Of a DNA stretch of 64,000 nt, positions 19,143 through 35,175 are shown piece by piece. Source of the DNA: the human T2T-CHM13v2.0 reference genome, Homo sapiens; the NCBI RefSeq assembly GCF_009914755.1, contig NC_060936.1, one strand, 5' to 3'. A program made the translations under genes and the position numbers. Numbering within the stretch: the first letter of the stretch is position 1; every line of letters starts with the position of its first letter. The notes under the pieces were generated by a model. It did not search any database. It was given only the letters and a program-made list of their open reading frames with translations, and was not told the origin of the DNA.

Positions 19143-21202
19143 GCAGATGGATTTGGAAGCGGGCAGCGGCTGCAGTATTCAACAGAACATGACACAGGTA
19201 AGAATGGAAAGAAATATGAGGACGTTACTGAAAGCAAAGGATTCTCATTGAAAAGGGGTGACAGCTTAATCACCCAACCAAACAAGGTAGGTAAGCTTGC
19301 GGACAGGAGCAGGTGACTTACTGGCTGCAGAAACCTCAGTCTCAAGAGCACCACAGTTGCAGGGGAGAGGGCTAAGGTTGGGAGGGTAAACTGGTGAAAT
19401 TTACACACACATGATCTAAAGAGAATTCAATTCTATGGAGAGGAAGAAGGAGTAAAGACACACACTCAAAATTACAGAGATGGAGAGGAAGCAGGGAGAA
19501 GATAGGTTCAAAGGAGGAGAGAGATACAGAGACAGACACACAGAGAGACTGGAAAACAGACAACTGAAGAGCAGAGAGAGAGAGAAAATGACCAGAGGGA
19601 AAAATAGAAGATCAATTCAACAGCACGGCCTCTTCTGCCCACCACCCGCTGCCCCCGACCATCTTTCTCAGGATCCTATCTGGCTGGCAATCACCCAACA
19701 CACCATTCTCTACCTTGGAGTGAGCGTGAGATGAGGCAGGAATTCTCTGATGTATCCTTGCCCCCATCTTCATAGGCTTCATAAGTGAAGGGATTCAGGG
19801 ATATCCAGAGTCATGGCTGGTCTTAAGCAATGCTGAACCTTTCGGGGCTGACTGCAGGACCAAGTGCTTGCAAACCTGCATCTTCACCACATGCACTGAT
19901 GCCCCTTATCCCTTCGCACCTCCAAGATGAAGAAGGTTTCTGTGCTGTCCGGTGTGTGTGAGGCTGGGCTTCCTGCTGGATCCACCACTTTCACACCCAG
20001 AACCCCCCCAACTCCACACGCCCTGCACGTTCCACACAGGCACCCCGATTTGTCTCAACAGCCTCGAGGCCACATCTTTGGACAGGAGATCTGCCATGAA
20101 CAGTGAAAGACCCATCCCAAGTGGCCCTGTTTTCTTTCTAGTAAAGCAAGGGAATGTATATCCCCTGGTATGGAATTCACCGTGACTACCGCCCATGCCT
20201 AGAGACCAGCCTCTTCAAAGACGGACGGCGTGGGACATATGCCCAGGTTGCGGGGGGAGCTTCTCTACAGAATGTCACTTGGGAGTTGACACAAAACCCA
20301 GGGGGAGAAAAAAGACCCAGCAAATACTACAAACTGCCCTCTCCCTCCCCCACCCACAGGTGACCAACGGCTTTGGGGAGGATGGCAATGCAGTGGAGGA
20401 ATAGAAATGGATACATTGTGAACTTGATATGAATCAAAAGAGCGTGGTTCTTTGAACCTGATTCAAATTCTATGCCCAGTATCCTTAGTTTACAAATAAA
20501 GAAGTACCCTGAAGGGCTCAGAGGATTTGGGTCCATGTGTTTGTCCTTGGCATGTAGTTACAAAGGTATTTGTGGCCTGTTAGCCCACATGTTCCCTTTC
20601 AGTCCTTGTCAGCCACTTCCTTGGCCTGTCCATGATCTGAGACAGCTCTGGCCCAGCCTTTGAGAGACAATGACTCACAATCATGCCTCCCACAGCTGAC
20701 GGCGGCACTGGACTGCCTGTGATCGCGCTCACAGCAAGATGTGCTGCTCCAGTTTCGATGACACGCTTCCTCCCATTGATCCATGGATGCGATCCATGGA
20801 TGCTCCACCTGAGTTGTACTTTTCTTCCATAGTCTGCAATATTGAATATTGGAGCCATGTGGATTTTACAATATCCAAATTGCTTTGATTCGAGAGAGAG
20901 AGGCTGTTCTTTCCTGGACGCTCTCAGACGCTCAGTGATTCAGAACTCGTTTTTGTTTCAAGTCTTAAAAATCTTGCCATGCATGATAAACCTCTTAAGC
21001 AAGACACTGTACTCTGGAATGTGTGCGTCGATGCGGACTCCAGGCCTCGCCGCCGAGCCGGGGTCATTGGCTGAGGCTGTATGGATAGTGTCATCCTTAT
21101 TTTGTCCTGCTGCTTTGTTTCTCTTCCGGGGGCACCGTTGCTACACATCCTGGAATTAAAGGCTGAAAGGTGAGTGAGAACCAATGTCTGTGTGTGTCTG
21201 GC
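19050..21202 (-). other. TMEM132D: TMEM132D 3'UTR (~2.1 kb, distal end approximate)
   Basis: Follows the TAA at 21203-21205, contains no interspersed repeat I recognise, and ends at a poly(A)-site-like motif cluster. Confidence 0.7.
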
Positions 21203-22387
<1,185 letters not shown>

Positions 22388-24854
22388 CTATGGAGAAAAA
22401 TATGTAAGTTAATCAAATGGGCCAAAAAGCTCATTGAGCCCCAAGTCTTAGTACAGTAGACACACAACGGCAAAACTATTGCTACAAGAACAAAGACAAA
22501 CCTTTCAAACAGTGTAGAAATAAGCGATAAGAAGTACCAAGAGTATAAAAGAAAATGAATTCTCACAAAGATGCAAAAAAGCAAAATAAAACAACAACAA
22601 AATGACAAAACAGGGCCAGTATTAAACAATCCGTAAGAAGATTTGCTTTTTTTTTTTTTCTCCTGTAGGTGTTGTTATAAAAGGAAGATGGGCCCTTGGG
22701 CTGTTCAGAATCAACTTCTGAACAATAATAAATTGCACGACAAAGGAAATTACTGGTTAGTGGAATCATTTACAAGTGTTACACATTCAAATGAAAAATA
22801 TTTATTACATTATTTTTAAGTTGTAATACTGAGTCTCCACTGATTACTGGCAATACAGATAAAAGCCTCTGATCTAGATGAGGTCCCACTGCAGGGCTGC
22901 AGGCTGTGGTTTTGCCAGCCCTGCCTTTTCTGGGTCTGCAGGAGTGGATCTGTCCTGGCCTCAGGCCATAGTCTTGGCTTGGAGGGAGGAGTTAAGCCTG
23001 ACAGCAGGAGAGGGAGAAGCATCTTGATTGGAGAGTCTTCATCTCTTCCTCCACCCAACCCAACTGGAGGAAACTGGAAGACCAAAAAGCAGCCAGAGCT
23101 TGTTTTCACTTTGTTGATTTAGACCAACTTTCTTTGCAAATAGTTTGACCAGGCAGATCATTGGAGATAACCTCCAATTTCATGCCAGCCTTTAATTTTA
23201 GTGAAGATGACATTATGCTTGACAGCAGTGGCAGATCCATTGCTTCCTCCCTCCCTCCCTCCCTCTCAGAGAACCTGCTCCGCCCCAAGCCCGAGATGAT
23301 GAACAGCACTAGGTGGCCCATGACCCTGCCCGCTGGGCCACAGCAACAGCTGATTGAAATGAGACAGCTGCTGCCATTAGAGCCATCAATCTCAGCAATG
23401 CTGAGCCAGCCAGCATTACTCTCTCTCTCTCGAACTTGAAACCAGAAAGACAAGACTGACAAAGTTATGCTTGGGAAGATGTGTAGTGGGGGCACATATA
23501 AAATTGGGGAATGAAGCCCTCTGATGGACTATGTATAAGCAAATGTTTGGGCATGGCATTTATCCATAGGAAGACAATAATGAATTAGACCAAAATAAAA
23601 ACACAGGTGAGAGAGAGAGTGGGCATGAAAGTGCTGACCTTCCCTTTCCTCCAAGGTCTTGCAGCTGGGTTCTGTGAGATCCCTATAATCCTCATAACAC
23701 ATCCTTTGTTATTTAAGCTTTTGCTTGAGTGGATTTTTTTTTCTCTTATGACCTACTGGCCCCTGACCATGACAGAAGTAATTTTACACAGTTGTTGTTT
23801 AGTCTTTGGAAGTAAGAAGAAAGTCTCCTCAAATGTGGCTGGTGGCCTCTGCTCTTTCCTTCAGCTCAGCCAAGAAATACTTATTCTGTTAGACACTGGC
23901 TTGGACTACCTGCTAAGCGGATAACCTTGCCAAGGCACAGTGCAAAAGCTACTGGACATGACACTGACTTACCAGGTTCTCTCAATCGGCCATGAAATCT
24001 GAGCAGAGCATTCAAACGCACAACGGAGTTCTTGAAACTACCACTGTCAGAGCCAAGTTGCAGGCAGGGAGTAAGAGCCCTGCAAACCAACCATGGAGCA
24101 AATCTCAGGGTAGCGTGTTTAGCTCTGCATGTCAGGAACGGATTAGCCTTCTGGCCTTCTTCTAGCTGCATCTTATCCCTTCCTTAACGCCTAGCTGGTG
24201 GTCCGCTGATGTTATCACCCACAAAGACAGAGAAAAGCCTCAGGTTATTTCTTCATTGCTATCTGTAACTTGCCTCTCGGCTGGCATCCTTCCTTGAGAA
24301 AAGGAGGTTTGCTTTGGCCAAGAATTCGATTCTGTTATTGGGATCAACCACTTTCAAGTGTTTTCTAACCCAAAACTCTGCAAACAAAGACTGTAGTATA
24401 AGGACTAGGAGATTAGCTCATGCCTGAGAGGGGAGCATTATGTGACAGGTGCAGGCTGGGAAAATGGGAAGGCTCTTTGTGCCCCTTAGCAAGTCCAGTG
24501 TGGCACTCCTGCCTCCTCTGAACATGGCCACAGCCGCAGCTGGTGCATGAAGGCAGGGAAGGCCTGGTACCTCACCCTGCCGAGGAAGAGTGCGCAGAAA
24601 AGGCTCCTGATCCAGAAGGGAAGCAGTCAGAACAATGTCCCATATGGGCCGGAGGGATTCCAGCTGCCCCACATGAGGATGATCCCTTTTCATGGGGCAA
24701 AAGAACTAATGACCTGCAACCACCATGTTTTGTTATTAAGCAAGCTTCACCCAAATTCCTATGTTCTAAGAAATAATGTTTATCCACCTCTAATGAGGGA
24801 GAACTTACTACATTCAAAGGTCCCCTATAACAGTCCCCTTTGTAAGCCATTGTA

Positions 24855-25290
24855 TCCACATACAAACACATGCATCACACACATACACACAACACACATA
24901 CACATATACATGCACACAGGCACCTATACAACACAAGCATACACACAACAGAAAATACACAAGACACACATGCATACGGACACACATAAAGCAAAAACAT
25001 ATATGACACAGACCCACAACACACACACATATGCACACATACAAACAACAAATAGACACATGCAATGCATACATACAACACACGATACATTCACAACACA
25101 CATATATACATGCATACAGGTGCCTATACAACACAAGCACACATGCAACACACAACACAAAACAAGCAACACAAAATACTGACACAAGACACACACATGC
25201 ATACACAGACACAAAAACAACATATATGTACACAACACATAGACACACAACACACATATACATATGCACACAACACACAAAACACACTCT
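24855..25290. repeat. Degenerate (CA)n/(CATA)n tract; similar tracts at 1866-2125 and 49685-49955
   Basis: Alternating purine-pyrimidine low-complexity sequence producing H/T- and C/V-rich ORFs. Confidence 0.9.
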
Positions 25291-25844
25291 ATTAGCTCAC
25301 ACTGGTTCCAAATAAAGTAAAAGAAAATTGTGACTGACATCTCCATGAATTCTCTGTTTCTGCCTTGAGCTGAACAATGAATGGTCTGGAAGCGATCTCC
25401 CGCCACAGGCTCCCCACTCAGCAGGTCTGTCACCCTCCGCTCCAGCAGGACCTTGGCATCAGGCTGTGCACCTGCTCTGAGCCTGCACGTGCCCTCATGC
25501 CCTCATGGAAGCAGGAAGCGTGTGGAGAGCACAGGTGACCACCTGCATGCACTTGCACTATGGTGGATGAGGGGTGGGCCTTTCCTCCAGGGCTCCTGCC
25601 CCTTAATGGCTTCTCATTTTTCACATGTTGCAATCCTTATGTATATATGTATTTATTTTTTTCATCTCTGCATGGGGGAGCTGGGAAACATGAGGCAGAG
25701 GAGTCACCTGCTTCAGAAGAGCCCTTTGCAGATGGAGAAACAAACGCCCGATATATGATCCCACTCTATTGTGCGACCCGCCTGGCGTGGTGCCTGCCTG
25801 GTGTGTGATCCACTTGGTGAGGGACCCTGCTGAAGTGTGTCTCA

Positions 25845-26111
<267 letters not shown>

Positions 26112-28598
26112 TCACAGGAGGAAGTGCCAGTGTGCAGGCAGCGGCAGGGCAACATGTGAGCCAGAATGAATGAGAACAGGCCTTTCCCACTCACACCACC
26201 TTCTGAATCATATGTATTGCTTGAGAAAATGTAATGCATTTTTTGCATAAAGCAAGGTGGTGTCAAGGAGTGGGCAGGTAGGGCTTGGCCCTCTCCCCAC
26301 ACCCCACACATCAGCTCCGTTTCCCACCATGCTCCATCCTGGACAGGAGGAACTGACGTTTTCATTCGACTATTAGCTTTATGATTCTTCTACAGCACAG
26401 TGTGTATTTTGTTTAAAATTATTTATTTTACTTAAATGATTTGTTTTTTTCAAAAGCCTTCCTATCACCAGTGAATGACGGGTTGGGTGTACTGGTTACA
26501 TATTGATAGCTTTCGCTCTTGCACATAAAAACCAATGTGCAACTAGAAGGCGGATCCTGCTGGTCCATCTCAATCACGCGTGTCACTGGAGGCCACACTG
26601 TACACTTTGGGAAACGCAGCGCATGATGCCTGTTGATGAGGAATATCGTTGGGCATATTCTGATAAACGTAGGTTCTGAATGTCTACGCCTGATGCCCAC
26701 AACCCAAAGCCTCATTTCTCCTCTGGACACCTGGAATGACCTGGAAAATGAGGCTTATGTGCAATTTAGACCCTGAACAGGAAATCCTGCTTTTGAGGAA
26801 CGTCTGTGGAATCACTTCTTCCTCCTCTCACCCTTCGCCCAAATGATAAACAGCTGTCTTAGACTCCTCACAGCCCCGTATAACAACCTTCCTTCTAGAA
26901 GAGATGGGCTTCATCCTCCATTCTCCTGCTTTCTCGACCTCTTTCTCTTTTCAAGTTTTTGGTGATATTTATGATGTAGGTCAAGACAGCAGTTTTCCCT
27001 GGACCCTTTGAGACCAGGAATCAAAGCTCCATACTTCTACCCGAATGCCACCTTCACTTTCTGGTCCGATTGGGACAATTTAAATGGTGGCGAGCATGAG
27101 AGGTGTGTCCCCAGAAGAAAGTGGACAAGTGAATTTATGACTCAGGAGGACACAGTGAGAAAAAAGAGAAAAGAACCAAGGCTCGCAGGAGTAGAGGCCT
27201 CACCAAAATAATGTTCATGTTTAATGTGTGGGAAGCTGGCCCACTTCCTCTTCCCTGACACCTGGTTTCAGAACGGTATGGCTTTTCCCCTTTGCACTTA
27301 AATTATCACTTAAGGGAAGATGTTAATACCAAATTCTCATCTCGCTGTGAGTTTCTGGGCATCAGTATCAGTTTAGCCTATAGATTTATGGTAGGGATTC
27401 AGGTCTTTCAACTTCTTAGTCAATTGTGGAGGTTGCAAGCTCTCATCTATGAGACAGATATGTTTTGTCTGACATAAATCATATTTTAAGGTAGAATTAA
27501 TGACCATCATTTAGAGAGCCAGAAGATTGCATATAAAAACAGACTTCCAGCTTTTCTGGAAAATTGCAACATATGGCTGCAGTAGACTTGCGTTTCTTCT
27601 TGGCAGCTTTTGGCTCTGAGTAAGAGCTTGCCCCTTTTCCACAGGCACCACCACTCCCTGTTGTCTCTCTAACACTCAGAGGAAAATCAGCTGCTGTCTG
27701 TCTTTCAGCACACACCCAGCCTACTCTCCTCACTGATGGTAGCTTCTTAGCCTTTAGAGATCATTAGAGCATGCGACTCCTGGTCTACGGCCCAAACCCA
27801 TTTATTTTCCTCCTTGGATAAAATGAAGTGTTAGATATACCAGCCAATTTTCCAGAATGGATATGTTTTAAATCTTCCACGATCCAATCTAGTCTCAGTT
27901 ATAATGATTCCTCATGCACAGCTGTTTTAGAAACCTCACAGATTGCCTGATAAGACAATCGCATTGCCTGCAGATGGGGCAGCTGCTGAGTAATACACTC
28001 TTCCTTTGGCTACAATGTACACTATTTGGGTGATGGCTACACTAACAAGGCAGACACGCAATATGTCCAGGTAACAAAGCTGCACTTGCACCCCTTACAT
28101 GTACACAGAAAGAAAACAATCTCTTGCTTTGTTCTCAGCTGGGAGGTAAATGACCAAACCCTTACAAGCCTCCCAGAACACTGTTTTGTTAAAGTGTTTC
28201 AAAACCCAAGTGTTGCCACTGGTCCTCTCCGTCACCCGCTCCCCAGCAGAAGGGGCCCACGAGACATATGGAGGCACAATCACTTCACTTCGTCCTTTAG
28301 CACATTTCTGAGTTGTTCAGGTTCTCATCAGGCCCGCGGCTGTGACTCGGTAGGGGCGGCCACAATATCCTGAAGCCGTGGGAAGGTTTAGGTGACCATG
28401 CTCAGTGGCGGAAAGTGGCTCAGCAGGAAGTTGCTGGCCGTGCCTGTGATTCAGATCAGGTAAGCTCACCTCAAAAGCTTGTTTACCAAGATGGTAACGC
28501 CTACCATGGCTTGGGCAAAATCATGTGTTTCAAGCGTGAGCCACCATGGGAGCCAGCCCAGAGTTTCTCCCCTATAAGTAATATGTGAGGAATTTTGA

Positions 28599-28923
<325 letters not shown>

Positions 28924-28943
28924 AAAATCGCTTGTATTGCTTA

Positions 28944-29507
<564 letters not shown>

Positions 29508-29574
29508 CTAACCACTGCTCTGGCATGAGCACTGACCCATCAGCATGGCCGGTGCAGCCAGCAGAGTTTAAAGT

Positions 29575-30450
<876 letters not shown>

Positions 30451-31809
30451 GACAAGGCTAGGGATGAGTGGTGTGGCTCTGTAACCCAGCACCCAAAGCA
30501 GGTGAATATGTAACCCAAGGTGAGGCCAAATGTGATAAGAAAGGCAGAGAGGGCCAGGATGCTTGGAAGGAGACAGATGTCAGCTGCTCCCTCAACATCT
30601 GGTCCCTTCTGTGCAGTTTGCCCTTTGATGGCACCTTCTCGGTCTCCATCAGAACAGCAGCTGTTCCCTCTCACACTCACTCCACTGCCATGTCTGAACC
30701 AGGCAGCTGTGACAGCGTGTGGGATGCACTGCAGTGAGACTCAGCCAGGTCTTTGGGGAATCTTCCCCTACAGTTTTTTCCCTCCGCAGCACCAACGGTC
30801 ATTCTCTAATCCACACCCTCAACTCAATACCAGAAACCCCAGAGACTGAGAAAGAATCATTGCTGAAGCCAGCTCCCAACTGTCCCTGAGACCCACAGCC
30901 TTCGTCCTTGAAGCATCCCCTCTCCCAGGGGCCATGGGACCAAAGGAATGAGCTTGCAAGGAAGGGAATATAAGTTCTCCCTCAGATAAGCCCCAATTCT
31001 CCACCCCCTGCTGAGTACACAGATTCCAGGAATATTTCCTTGTCTCATAATGCATATACTTTTAGCAATCAACATGTCCCTAATACATGAATTCTTATAC
31101 ACGGTTTCTCTGAGATGACAAAGTCTGTGAATGAAGAGCCTGAGCTCCTACCACTCTCTTTACATGGTACTCATGTGGTTGCCTGACGGTAGATGGTGGA
31201 GACTCCTGGGACTCTACCAAGCACCATCGGGGTAATGTACCAGACACTCAGTGGACAAGCCTCAGACCTCATTTCACCAAGGCAGAGAGCTCAGAGCTTC
31301 TGGACTGGAGCGCAGAGAGGCAGTTCAGGTCAGGTTGACCCTGTCAGATGTCCTTCCAGGGAACATCTGCTGCCTCCTCCTTTCCAGCATCAATTTTCCC
31401 TTCTCCTAGAATTTGTTCATTCGTTCAGCCTTGGTGCACCTCTTCCTCTAGCTCCTCTGGCTCTAGGTGGGGAGTCCAGCCAGCCACTCAGTGTGTTTGA
31501 GGGCCTTGGCTACAGTAACTAGATAAGGGAGGCCACAAAATCCCAGTGAGGATAAGACTTAAATTCAGGACTTTGCTGGAACTAGTGGGAAGGAGAGGAG
31601 GCACTTTCTGCTGGAGTTGCAGAGAAGAGAGGATGAAAGCCTGGAACCTCCCGAAAAACGCTGATAAAGAATGAAGCCAACACAGAGCAAATCCAAGCTG
31701 AGCGGTGGAGGGAGGCTTGGTCCTTAGGGTACCACATGCATCCTCAGACCCAGTCATGCCCAAATTTACCACCCCGTACACTTCCTCCTTAGCCTGCCAT
31801 GGAGTTTCA

Positions 31810-32145
<336 letters not shown>

Positions 32146-32634
32146 TTACTATGGGGGAGGAGGTCCTGGTATGGAGCAGACATTGGGTGTTGCTTTTGAG
32201 TAATAATAGCAGACGCTGTTATGAAAGGTGCTCTCTGAGTACCCAGGCTTCCTGGGGTCCCTGTGGCTAGGTTGGTGGACTCCTCCCCAGGGGCTGCGTG
32301 TGTTGCCGACAGCTCCTGCCACATCTTCCGTAGAAGACTGCCCTTAGGTGAGTGGAGCTGTGTCCCTCAGAGTTACCCGGGAGTTATGTCCTGCTCACCC
32401 CGCTTCTCTGCCCAGTGACTACCTGGTGGGGTGAGAAGCCCAGGCTGTTTGCCTCAAGGAGGGACCCATGCACAGCACAGCTCATTCTTAAGAGCTCCTC
32501 AAGGAGCTGGCTGTGCTGCACCTGGACCTGACCTTGCTTAGCCCCTCTTCTTCCCCTTCTACTGTCTTCACTCCCATGCGGGTGTATCCTGAGAACGTCC
32601 TCAACAGGGCATGTGCAGACCACTTTCCCCTGCA

Positions 32635-32747
32635 GGCACGGGGTGGATTCTGAGGCCCGTCCTGCAGAGTTCCCTAGAGGGGCTCGATGAGGCACAGGGG
32701 TGGATTCTGAGGCCTGTCCTGCAGAATTCCCTAGAGGGGCTCGATGG
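32635..32747. repeat. Two-copy ~56-bp tandem duplication
   Basis: ggcac(a)ggggtggattctgaggcc(c/t)gtcctgcaga(g/a)ttccctagaggggctcgatg occurs twice. Confidence 0.9.
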
Positions 32748-33349
32748 GACTTCACAGAAGTTGCCCACCATGCGAGCTAGCTCAATGATGCACCTCCTGC
32801 TGGTTTTCCAAAATGTGTCCTGTCTTGCTGCTCACTCCCTCATTCTGCCTCCAGAGATCATTCCCCAAATAAAGCACCTGTTCTCAAGTGCACGTCACAG
32901 GCTCCGCTTTTCAGGGAATCCAAACATGCGGATTCCTTTCATCCTCAGAACAACCACAACGCTAGGCACCACTGCCATTCCCCATTCCAGATGAGGAAGC
33001 CGGCAGGAGTGGGGGAGCCTGCCTATGTTCCTCTACCAGGAAGGGCAGAGCCAGGATTTAGCCCCAGAAGTCTGGCTCCAGAGCTCAGGCTGCCAACTTC
33101 TACCTGGTGCAAGAGGGCTCCTCCATGCCAGCGCTGATGGGAAGAAGCAAGTTCAATGTAAGGATTTTGTTCTCTTGTCTTGTCTCCTAGCTTTCCTGGG
33201 GGAAGGCAATGAGTCCTTTAGTTTTCATCCTAAACAAGAATTGGGACATGTCTTCGGGAGAGTGTGGGAGACTAAATAATAGCTCCGAAAGGTATCCACA
33301 TCCTCATCCTTGGTATCTATAAACGTTACCTTACTTGTCAAAAGGTATG

Positions 33350-34735
33350 TGACCAAATTAAGGATCTTTTCCCCTCCCAGCTTTACTGGCAAATAAGTAC
33401 TTGGCAGGTACAACTGCATCACTCTAGGCTGTACATCTACAACATGATGTTTTGATCTACATGTGTACTGTGAAATAATTACAAGTTAGCTCACATATCC
33501 ATCACCTCACATAGTCACGCGCACGTGCGTGTGTGTGTGTGTGTGTGTGTGTGTTGTGGTGAGGACATTTCTTAAAATTCGTATATATTTAGGGCGTCCA
33601 CATGGAGTTTTGTCACATGGATATAGTGCACAGTGGTGAAGCCTGGGCTTTTAGTGTAAACATCACCCAAATAATGTACATTGTACCTCTTAAGTAATTT
33701 CTCATCCCTCAACCTCCCCCTAACCTCCAACCCTTCTGAACATCCAGTGTCTATTATTCCACACTCTTTGTCCATGTGTCCACTGTATTTAGCTCCCACT
33801 TATAAGTAAGAATAAGTGGTGTTTGACTTTCTGGCTTTGAGTTGATTCACTTCAGATAATGACCTCTAGGTTCTACTCATGTTGCTACAAAAGAGGTGAT
33901 TTCATTCTTCCTTATGGCTGAAAAATATTTCATTGTATATTTATATATTGTATATTTATTGTATTATATATACATACTATATACAACATATAATATATAA
34001 TACAAATTTGTATCATATATACAAACTTATATATACAATGTATATTGTATATTTATATATAGCATTATATACATTGTATATAAATTTGAAATATATATTT
34101 ATGTATATTGTATATAAATGTTATGAAAAGGTAACGTGTGTATAACATGAGTGCAGGTATTTTTTCAATGTAATGATTTTTCTTTTCTTTGGGTAGATAC
34201 CTGGTAGTGAGAGTGCTGGATAGAATTTTAGTTCTTTGAGAATTCTCCATACTGTTTTCCATAATTAATTTTCCATACTATGTTATATTCCCATCAATAG
34301 TGTATAAGTGTGATAACATTGAAGACCCCCTGTCTTTGCAAATCCTAAGTCTACCATACAGTATTATTAACTAGAGTAGCCATGCTATACATTAGGGCCC
34401 CATCATGTATTCAGCAGCATAACTGAAACTTTCTATCTTTGACCATCCTCTCTCCATGTCACCCACTTCCCAGCTCCTGGAAACCCCCATTCAACTTTGT
34501 TTCTGTGAGTTGGACTTTTCCCGACGTATAAGCAACGTCATGTAGGATCTGCCGTTTCGCGTCTGGTCTAGTGCACTTAGCGTCATGTCCTCCAGGTTCA
34601 TCCATGTTGTTGGAAATGCTAAGATTTTTTTCTTTGTTAAGGCTGAATAGTATTCCACCGTATATATACACCACATTTTCTTTATCCATTCATCCACTGA
34701 GAGACACTTAGGTTGTTTCCAAATCTTGGCTGTTA
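33350..34735 (-). mobile_element. Nested old L1M (L1MA inside L1MB-like) 3' fragments with (TG)n and TA-rich tracts
   Basis: Remnant ORFs MDEWIKKMWCIYTVEYYSA and DEKLLKRYNVHYLGD are L1 3'-end signatures. Confidence 0.75.
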
Positions 34736-34739
34736 TCAG

Positions 34740-35140
34740 TCATTAAATTAAGGGTCTTGAGATAGATAGGGAGAGCATCCTAGATTACTTGGGTGGGCCC
34801 TAAGTGGAGTTGACTGTCCTTATAAGAGGGAGGCAGGGAGAGATTTGACTGCAGCGGGAGAAGAAGGTCCTGTGACCACAGAAACAAGACGCTGGAAGAT
34901 GGAGGCAGAGGCCCAGGAAGGAAGGAGGCAACTCTGGGTGCTGGAAAACGCGAGGAAGCAGATTCCCCACTAGAGCCTCTGGAGGGAGGACAGGCCTACC
35001 GACACCTTGATGTCGGCCCAGTGGAGCTGATTTCAGACTTTCGGCCTTCAGAACTGGAAGAGAATACATGGGTGTCCACCATCTCACAAAGCTGCTGGGT
35101 TTGTGGTGTGATGGTTTGTTATTGCAGCTGCAGAAAACAA
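34740..35140 (+). mobile_element. MLT1D-like LTR fragment adjoining the VNTR
   Basis: gagcatcctagattacttgggtgggccctaa ... gattccccactagagcctctggaggga. Confidence 0.75.
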
Positions 35141-35175
35141 ATTCCAGGAGGGGGAGAATGACACACCGCAGAGCC

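Noticed and set aside
24547-25433. His/Thr- and Cys/Val-rich ORFs (also 49602-50108 and 13117-13443)
   Set aside because: Translations of (CA)n/(TG)n/(CATC)n low-complexity DNA.
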